64,000 bases of DNA from Vicugna vicugna (lineage: Eukaryota), in the NCBI GenBank assembly GCA_013265495.1, contig MU058718.1, positions 2,689,779 to 2,753,778 on the forward strand, read 5' to 3'. The notes below the pieces were generated by a model, which made no database searches, was not told the origin of the DNA, and saw only the letters and a list, made by a program, of their open reading frames with translations. This document shows, piece by piece, positions 55,315 through 64,000 of this stretch (positions are counted from its first letter, which is position 1; each line of letters opens with the position of its first letter). Made by a program: the position numbers and the translations under genes.

Positions 55315-55855
55315 AGGATGGTGGTTGCCAGGGGTTGGGGGTGAGGGATATGGGGAGATGTCAGTCAAAGGGTCCAAAGGTCCAGCAACAACATGAGTAA
55401 GTTCAGGGGATCTAATGTACAGCCTGGTGACTGTAGTTAACAATACTGTATCGTATACTTGAAGGTTGTTGAGAGAGCAGATTTAACCTTCTTACCACAT
55501 ATACACAGAAAAAGTAATTAGGTGAGGCAACGGATATGTCAACTAACCTTATCGTTGTAATTATTTTGCAATATATATGTGTATCAAGTCATTGCATTGC
55601 ACATCTTTTAAAAATTCTTTTTCTTAATAATTTTTTAAATTGAACCTTAAATTCTTTTTAAGCCTTTTTTTGGAGGCAGGAGGTAATTTTGTGTATGTAT
55701 GTATGTAAGTAATGGAGGTACTGGGGATTGAACCCAGGATCTTGTGCATGCTAAGCACACATTCTACCTGAACTAGTCCCTCCCCAACAATCACTGCATC
55801 ATACATCTTGAACTTACACAATATTATAAGCTAATTATATCTCAATAAAGCTAGG
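55315..55855 (+). mobile_element. L1MA-type 3' UTR fragment hosting a SINE
   Basis: ggtggttgccagggg...gatctaatgtacagcctggtgactgtagttaacaatactgtat...atatctcaataaagct. Confidence 0.8.
55608..55787 (-). mobile_element. Vic-1-like tRNA-derived SINE with degenerate ~19-bp TSD
   Basis: ggaggtactggggattgaacccaggatcttgtgcatgctaagca. Flanks are tcattgcattgcacatctt (55589-55607) and tcactgcatcatacatctt (55791-55809). Confidence 0.75.
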
Positions 55856-57454
55856 AGAAGAATAATCTGGTGCATAAAGAGTCCCCCTGGAAAACAAAAT
55901 AAGTACTCATATAAACTTGTTCTGCAACACCTGTGTAAGGGGCATTGTGATTCAATCTTGACTAATAAAACACTTAAGTACAAAAAATAATTTTTCTCTA
56001 GCTAATAAATGCAAAGCACTGAGGGCATGCTCAGTACACAAGTATACGATTAGTTCAAGTCATAGACTTAAAGGCAAACGACATGGTCAAAGTGACAGTG
56101 AGAAAGGCAAGGAACTTAATTTAAGTATGTGACAAAGGATGACAACAGAAGCAGAAAACAAAGACACGAACATTTTTCTCCAGCTTTGGACATGAATTGA
56201 TATTTGATCCTTGGCCACAGGATCAAGACAAACTGACCAGCTGGAATTGCAATTTGAGCCAAAGACACAAAGCATCAGACCGCCTGACTTTGGAGGTCTC
56301 ATTTGTTTCGTGTTATTCATCCAGTGGCAGCCGGATCTTAATTAAACTAAAGATCCTGACTTAACACAGGAAAATCTGAATGTGAAGAACTTTAATGCTA
56401 TTAGATTGGGAAAAGGGATGAGAGGAAAGAAGAGTGGGGATGATGATTCAAAATGACCTCAGCTCCAGATAAGCAATAGACATTTGACCCCAGACAAAAT
56501 TACTTACCATGTGGTTGGACTGACTACTCACTCAAATGCAATTATTTGACCAGGTAGAACTGCTAATGGTAAGGGGGACAAAAAAAAAGGAAGACCAACA
56601 CAGTCCAAGGAGGAAAGACTCTTAATCCAAGAAAAGAAATCAGTTGAAATACATTTGGCAACTTGGCCTCAACTCAGTGTCTCTACCTCCACTAGCTGCC
56701 TCTTTCTGCCTGGAGAAGAGCTTACGAAAGGCGCCCATACACTGGGTTGCTGATCAGGCCACAACTGAATGAGCCTGAAAATAGGGAAATACAGATACCT
56801 GGCACCTGTATCCAAGTGTTTTCACAGACTGTTATCTTTTGGTGTCTTTAATACCTAGACTATTATAAACGTTAGTCTACTTTTTTATTGACTTAAAAAA
56901 TAACAGTAGGTTACAAAAAAGAACACTGCAGAGAAAAAGAAAAGTTGGTAAAGGATAACAAAAATAATCATTCAAAAAATCAGAAATGTCTGACAGCAAG
57001 CAGTGTTGCAGCCATGTTCCTGTGTCAGTGGTTGTTTTGGGTCAGTCATGTGCTGGAACATTAAACTTCAGCCTACATTTCTGTCCACTGCACCCCTCCA
57101 TCTTTCTCCCCCAGATTAGTCCAAAGCTCATGCTAGAGTCAGATATAAGTCCTCAGTTTTTTTCCTGATATATCAATCTACTTTTGCCTATAGTTTCTAC
57201 GACTTGTTTAGAAGGGAAGAGACAGGATATTTTTAAAAGTTAAGATCTAAAGTCCACTTGCTTTGCTTTTCATGACTTTTCTCTAAATAAACTCATATAT
57301 AATCTAGTGAAGTAGGGTGTTGGAAGTGAACATAATGTTCAGCTGAGGCCTTCACAAGACTTGGACGACAGCAAAACAACCCAGAGTAATTTATCATGGC
57401 CGACACCAGATCTGAGCACTCACTATATACTAGCAGATCACTTTTAAAAAATGG

Positions 57455-57807
57455 TACCACTTATATGTGGAATGTCAAGAAAAAAATGATACAAATTCTA
57501 TTTGCAAACCAAAACCAGACTCACGGTCATAGAAAACAAACTATGGTTACCAAAGAGGAAAGGGCAGGGTGAGATAACTTAGGGGCTGGGAATTAACAGA
57601 TACACGTTGCTATATAGAAAATAGATAAACAACAAGGACCTACTGTATAGCACAGGGAACTATATCCAATTTCTTGTAATAACCTAAAATGGAAAAGAAT
57701 CTGAAAAGAAAAAAAATATATAGTATGTATTTGTATAACTGAGTCACTTTGCTGTATACCTGAAACTAATACTGTAAATCAACTATACTTCAGTAACATT
57801 TTTTTAA
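57455..57807 (+). mobile_element. Cetartiodactyl-type L1 3' end with TSD aaaaaatgg
   Basis: Same 3' UTR family as 33649-34195, inserted at a TT|AAAA target. Confidence 0.8.
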
Positions 57808-58896
57808 AAAAAATGGACACTTTTCATTCCTGATGTTCTGAGATCTCTGTTCTTCTCAAAACCTTATCCAACTTTGAAAATAAAAACACAATGGGTCACT
57901 TCCTTGGAGCCTTTCCGTTTTTGGCTCTACTCTCTCCTTGCCTCTTTGGGTACATTTAAGGCTTCAGTGTCAAGTCTTGCAGAAGAGAATTTGAGCAGCA
58001 GACCTCCAAGAAGGGAGTGTTCTCTGATTTTCAGAGGAGCGGACTATGAGTGCTTCTGGTCTACCACACTTTGTCTGTGATGTTTATGCCATCAGTTAGG
58101 AGGAAGTACAAGCAGACAGAATCTACCCAGTTCTAAGGTCATACTACTGCGTTTCTGTTCAATATTCTGCCAGGTACGAACTGGTCGAGTTACTTAAATA
58201 CTCAGCCTCCGTTTTGTCATCTGTAAAATGGGAATATTAAAGTATCTAGTTCTTAGGGTTGCTGTCAGGTTAAGATAAGATGATTCATTATGTACAGTGC
58301 TAGAATAGTGCTCCACATTATATGCTTAACAGCTGCTGGCTGTTCTTAGGATGATGAACAGCAGAGAGGGGACAAAGTCTGCACTACCAGAAGTAGACAA
58401 GAGTGTATGTCTTTTGAAAGCTAAGTGGGACCAGTGTTTACTTTCAGTTATTTACATGTTGGGTAGATCCTCGCTTTGAGAAACACAATACTCAGAACTC
58501 TTCAGTCTATTCTTGGGGGTGTCTAGCAATCGAACATAAACGTCATCTATGGGCTTTGTCCTTTATAGAAACTGGGGCCCTCAGGGGCTGCTTCTACCTC
58601 AAATTCATTGTGCTGAACCACACAGAACTTTGTTCTGGCATTTGCTCACTCTTTCCTCTTCCTTCTCTCCTCTTATTTGTGATTCTCTCAAGCACCAAAG
58701 TCCCTCACCGAGGTAACACTATAGGCCTGATCTTCCTAAATGTCTTGCATTTCAAAATTACCTCTTCCTATGCCATTCTTCTTCATCTATTAACTAATCT
58801 CTACTAAAATGTGTTACTCAGATGATGTGCTGCTGATCTCAACTACAATTATTAATCGGGATGACTGATATTTAAATAGAACTTCATAATTTAATA

Positions 58897-58987
58897 TATG
58901 TATGTATATGCGTGACTGGGACATTGTGCTGTACACCAGAAATTGACACACTGCAACTGACGGTACTATAAATAAATAAATAAATAA
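58897..58987 (+). mobile_element. ~90-bp L1 3' tip with (TAAA)n tail and perfect 17-bp TSD
   Basis: aacttcataatttaata at 58880-58896 and 58988-59004. Confidence 0.8.
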
Positions 58988-59704
58988 AACTTCATAATTT
59001 AATAGAGGTCATCCATGTACGTGATGTCATTTTGACTTCATAGCTGTTTTCTGATGGCAAAGCAGATGCTACCATTCCTATTTTCAGATTTGGAAACTGA
59101 GGCTCAAGTGAATGAACTGATTTGCTCTAGTTCACAAAACTATTAAGTGACCCTACATCAGGAACTCACAGCTTCTGATTTGGTCTGTGAAGCTCACCAA
59201 AACAGAAAGCTGGTTGTTTCAAGTAAGCCAGCTTAGGAAAACTAAGATGTGAATGTCTGACAGCATGTACCTGTCAAGAAACACATGCTTCTCAAAAGAG
59301 ACACATGAAAAGGCTATTGAACTGATAATTATAGAATGAAGGTGGGGGTGGAGGATTTGAGTATCTCTGAGCAGAGAATTTTTCTGATTTTTGCTGCCTA
59401 TTCCTGCTGACCTGTATGGCCAGCCCAAGACGGAGGTGTCCCAGGGTATCTGCTGAGTTTGAAGGAGGAATAAATCTGTGCCCTTAGGAAATCCGGGCCT
59501 TTCCTGTCACAAGCAACAGTTATGTTTCATTTGTATCTTAAATTCATATTCATTTTGCAATCTATTCCATGTCTAATATAATTTAAAAAAAATAAGATAG
59601 AGCGAAACTTTCACCATTATAATCCTGGTACATGGTTGCATTTTCCTGGTTTATGAAAGTACTATGAAATCCATTTAGCATCCCACAAATGTCTTTTCAT
59701 TTAA

Positions 59705-59805
59705 ACCTAAATCATATATATATACATATATATTTAAAATATGTATATATTATAAAATTTACATATTAATATATTTATTTAAAATATATATATAAAATAT
59801 ATTTA
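59705..59805. repeat. AT-rich / (TA)n low-complexity tract
   Basis: Seen directly. Confidence 0.8.
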
Positions 59806-59999
59806 CCAACACAAATTGAAAAGATGGAAATGTATATACATATGGGAAAAAGTGAAACTAACCATTTGATTTCACAGGTTCAAAAAAAAGCTGTGAATCA
59901 CTAAACCGACTCTCTCCTTACCCCATAGCTCAGATTCAGATTTTCTGGAAGCTTGGTGATCTCTATGTAATTCTAACCTAAGACCCAAGACCAAGAGGG

Positions 60000-60700
60000 C
60001 TACCTCTTGGAATCGCTCCGCCTCACTCTGGGCACCACCCTGCTGGAAAGCCACACGCTGGCTGGCCATGGTACCACTTCGCGGGCCTGCGGCAGAAAGC
60101 AGCCTTAGGTTCCAACCATTTTTTATTTAATGCCTATTATTTTCTCTGCTCAGTTGTTATTTTTAAGTAGGGGTATTTTGTGAAAAATAAAACCACCCGG
60201 TACATGGGAAACCATAAAGAAAGTTATTTGGCGGAGACGACCGGCCTGCTAAGGAAATGGATGTTGGCCTGTTTAAAGGCCTGTTCTGGGTGAGCGCGGA
60301 GAGCCTCTGTGGGGCCCGCAGGCACCTTCCCTCCGCCTCCTCCCCCGCGCAGCCTTGGATGGAAATTAGCAGTTGCAGCCTGTGACTGGGCTCCATTGAG
60401 CAGTCCCACCCGCGGCTGGCCAGGAAGCACATACCAGCAAACAGAATGAAAGGGGCCTTTTATAAACAGGAGTCCGTTATTTCTTAAGCAGACTCCCACA
60501 TAAAGACTGTTTTGTTTCTTACTCTCCAGGAAAAACTGAGCTCCTTCTGAACAGTCTTTGGAAAGGGAGGAGAAACTGAAGATGGGGAGGAGGCTCAACG
60601 GAGATGCTACAGGACTACGGAAGCGTCGGAGACTTTCCCGAGGAGAGCGCCAGTGTTTGGTGGCCGTCATGAGTGGGGTCAGGGTGTGCTGTCAAGGCTC
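60000..60700 (-). promoter_or_regulatory. Candidate intronic promoter or enhancer
   Basis: Non-repetitive and locally GC/CpG-enriched, with GC-box-like ccctccgcctcctcccccgcgc (~60328-60350) and TATAAAAG on - at 60464-60457. Confidence 0.4.
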
Positions 60701-63137
60701 AGAGGTGTTGGCTGGTCACAACCGCTTGGGGACTTCTTCCCCAGAGAGGGATCTATCCGTACAAGGCACACGTAGGGGGAATCCTAGTGCCCCCAAAATG
60801 CCAGGGAACTAGGTCTTCCCTTTAAGTAAGCTTGATTTCTTGTCTTTTTCCTCTCCTTCGCCTTTTCTCTAAAAAGCTACATTGTATATTTTACAAGATT
60901 CACAAGCAATTTTCTTCCCATCATACTATCCTAGTTTGCCTCTCTTTTACTAACAAGCATAATCCTCTAACACTATTCCAGACATTCCTCCAATCTGAGG
61001 AGCATGTAGGAAAAGGCTAGAGTTTCACAATTTGACTTATTTGGCTGTCAAATGATTATACACAGATGCACATGGGGAAAAAAAGAAGCTATATAGCAAA
61101 GTCTCAATTTATTCTTTATTAATTACACATGTAATAAAAATGCAGGTACAGCTGAAAGCAGGTGGTACCATTTATGCAGAAAATGCTAAGGGAAATAGTA
61201 CAAAGAAAAACTGATAGGGTTTTAGAGATCTGGATGCACGGAAAAGTGAAGAAAAAATGATGCTGCTTATTACAAATCTGTATTAGTTTCATTAAAACAG
61301 AATCTCAGCAGTAGACAGAAGTCAACTGAAGTTAATGCTTATAATTTTTAATGAATTTTTTCATGATTTGAAAACTCCTCCACAAGTTTAATTTACGAGG
61401 TCCCATTATATTGCTTAAGAAGAACAGAAACTCATGGCCTTAAGATAATTCACATCTCAGCACCTCTGGTCACAGCATTAATCTCTCTTCCTTTGTTGTC
61501 CTGGCTGCAGGGGTGACAGCAATACGAAGGAAGCACTAGTTTAATATCCTGTACAAACCCCACACCCAGAGACTTAATTACCTGTCTGTGTCCTAAGGAA
61601 GAAGAGAGTCCCTGGGGGGATCCAATAAAGCATTCTGTGGTTAAGGCCCCCCTTCCAGCAATAAAAAGTTGTCCCTTTTTAAACCATGCTGAAACAAAGG
61701 GAAATTTGATAGGAATTATAAAAAAAAAAAACCTCAGTTCCTGCACACCATTCTGTTTATCTGTTCCCTCCAGGGTCTTCAGCCTTCCGCCTCTATTGGA
61801 GTCCCATCCTTAAAGGAGGTAATTTCCTTTCAGAGGATATTAATGATAGTAACATTTAAGGCAGGTAAAATGAGGCAGGTACTATTCGAAGTATTTTACT
61901 CAAATTAATTAACTGAATTCTCACCCTATGTGATAGGTACTAATATTAACCCCCTTTTACAGTTTTAGAAATGAATGCATAGAGACATTAAGAAGCTACT
62001 CGAGGTTATACAGCCAGTAGACGACAGAGCTGGAATCTGAACCCTCATACTCTGGTTTCAGAGCCTGTACTTTTTATACCATACAGCCTTCCAGGACTTT
62101 GGATCTAAAAAGGACCTCAGAAATGGTCTCATTTTAGTTCTCTCATTTTATAGGAGAAAGAATGAGATTCAATGAAGTTAGGAGACTTGTCTTGGAATAT
62201 AATGCAAGTTCTTGGCAAAGTCCAGAGCAGAATCCAGATCACTCTAATCCTAATGAAATGTGTAAATACTGCCCTCTTCCCTCCCAACCCTTAGAAGAAT
62301 TCAGGTCTTCCTAAGGAGCCCAGTACCCTTTTCAAGATTCCACATTGCCTTTCATGTTCCCATGACCCCAATGACTGCAATTTATCAGGCCTATGTAAAT
62401 TCATTATGTCTTAGTTAAGAAAGATCCATATTGGCAATAACACAGGTAAAATTCATTGTTGAGGCATTCTTGTTATCTTCCACTGTCTAAAAAGGATGAA
62501 AGGGAAGGAGAGACTAAGAATCATTCAGGGGAGACTCTTCTAACAGCTCAAAATCCCCAATGCTCACCTGACCCCTTCCATTTATAAGTTCTATCCAAAT
62601 TAAGTCTTCCTATTATAACTCATGGCACCATGTTCCTGTCCTTCAGAGCACTTCCATCTAATAATTTGTAAATATATCTATAGACATGTGGTTACTTCCT
62701 ATTCCTCCCCAGCTAGACTATAAGTTCCATAAGGACAGGGGCCATATCTGTTTTATTTGCCTATCAATGTATAGAACTTGGTATATAATAGGTGCTCAAT
62801 TAATATTTGTTAAAAGAACATATGCCAAAAACTCAGCAACACAATGTTAAAAGATAATCTTAGTCTGCTCCATAACTTGCCTATTGGACACCTGTCTATT
62901 CTTCAGTGCCCATTACTTCACACAGTCAATGGACCATATCCATTACTAGGGCAGAACACGTGCTAATAGCCAAGGCCTCAATCAGCAGAAACGTAGCTGG
63001 CTTATGCATCTACCTTTTATTCAGGATCCAGGAAGCCACCAGGTTGGCTATATTGTTAAACCTCAATCATCAAACCAGGTAAAAGAAAAGGTAAGTCTAA
63101 AACATCTAAATTATGGAATTTATTGGGAGGAAATATA

Positions 63138-63372
63138 CAGCTGGCCCCTGAACAACTTTGGGGTTAGGGGTGTCAACTCTCCATGCAATTAGAAAATCCA
63201 ACTATAACTTACAGTCACCCCTCCATGTGCATGGTTCCTCCATATCTGTGGTTCCAAATCCAAGGATTCAACCAACCATGGATCATATAGTACTGTACTA
63301 TTTACTATTGAAAAAATTCTGCACGTACGGGGACCCACATAGTTATAACCCATGTTGTTCAAGGGTCAAGTG
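63138..63372. mobile_element. MER8 (Tigger-family MITE), near full length
   Basis: Terminal inverted repeats cagctggcccctgaacaac / gttgttcaagggtcaagtg, TA duplications on both sides, 235 bp. Confidence 0.8.
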
Positions 63373-64000
63373 TATTACTTTTAAGTATTAGGGTAACTTA
63401 AAGTATGTGAGCAGAGTTTTCTGCTAAATAACCTCTTTAAGGACCTGCTTGAAAGACCAGATAAAATAATTTTTGTTTGGTATGTTCACTCTTTATATGT
63501 AAAGAGCTATTTCAAAAGACCTTAAGGATCTTCCAAAACAAGTTATTCTTTTAGTATTTTCAACATTACTCTTACAATCTTGTTTACACATTATTGCATT
63601 ATAATCACTTGTATTATTATCCACAAAGAAAAGGTTTGCTGAGTAAAATTAAATGTCAGTCCAGTCACTATCTGAAACAAAACAGTGAATTAATAGAACT
63701 TACATCAGCAAAGCTTTTACTCTGAATTATAAAAAGTTTTCTAAATTCTGTTTCCCTGGTGATAATATGTAAGAATTTCTCCCCCCCAAAAAAAGAAAAC
63801 AAAAAAGCCAGTAACATTTCGTCTTTTAACTCTTTCGCAACGAAGAAAAGAGATTCAAGTCAGTAGTGTTATTTTTGTGCCTAAGGAACCGATCTGCTTT
63901 AGTTTCTATTCTATAGCTGGATCCAAGTAAAAGCTGTCTTGTTTTTATGCTATATTAGTGTATTTATTTAGTTAGTTATTTTGAAAAGAATAAATTATTG

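Overview
Mammalian (non-prokaryotic) genomic DNA, most likely a camelid, judging from two Vic-1-like tRNA-derived SINEs and cetartiodactyl-type L1 3' ends. The window holds the 3' part of GNG2 (G-protein gamma-2 subunit) on the minus strand. Its two coding exons (CDS 30752-30666 and 8422-8294) join into the complete 71-aa protein ending in the CaaX box CAIL. They are separated by a 22.2-kb intron and followed by a ~3.1-kb 3' UTR (AATAAA at 5237-5232). The region from 30782 to 64000 is most simply read as a 5'-UTR intron. The rest is dense, often nested, transposon debris: L1, L2, MIR, MaLR, MER41-, LTR16- and MER21-like LTRs, a decayed gag-only ERV, and hAT/Tigger elements. Repeat family names are from recognition by eye, not from a database search. 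I see no intact novel multi-gene system. The best leads are three: (1) a possible internal first exon near 60 kb whose perfect-Kozak ATG would splice in frame onto GNG2, adding 59 N-terminal residues; (2) a TSD-flanked, tailless insertion made only of an L1 5' UTR; (3) a gag-only ERV whose capsid and zinc-knuckle remnants the ORF track misses.
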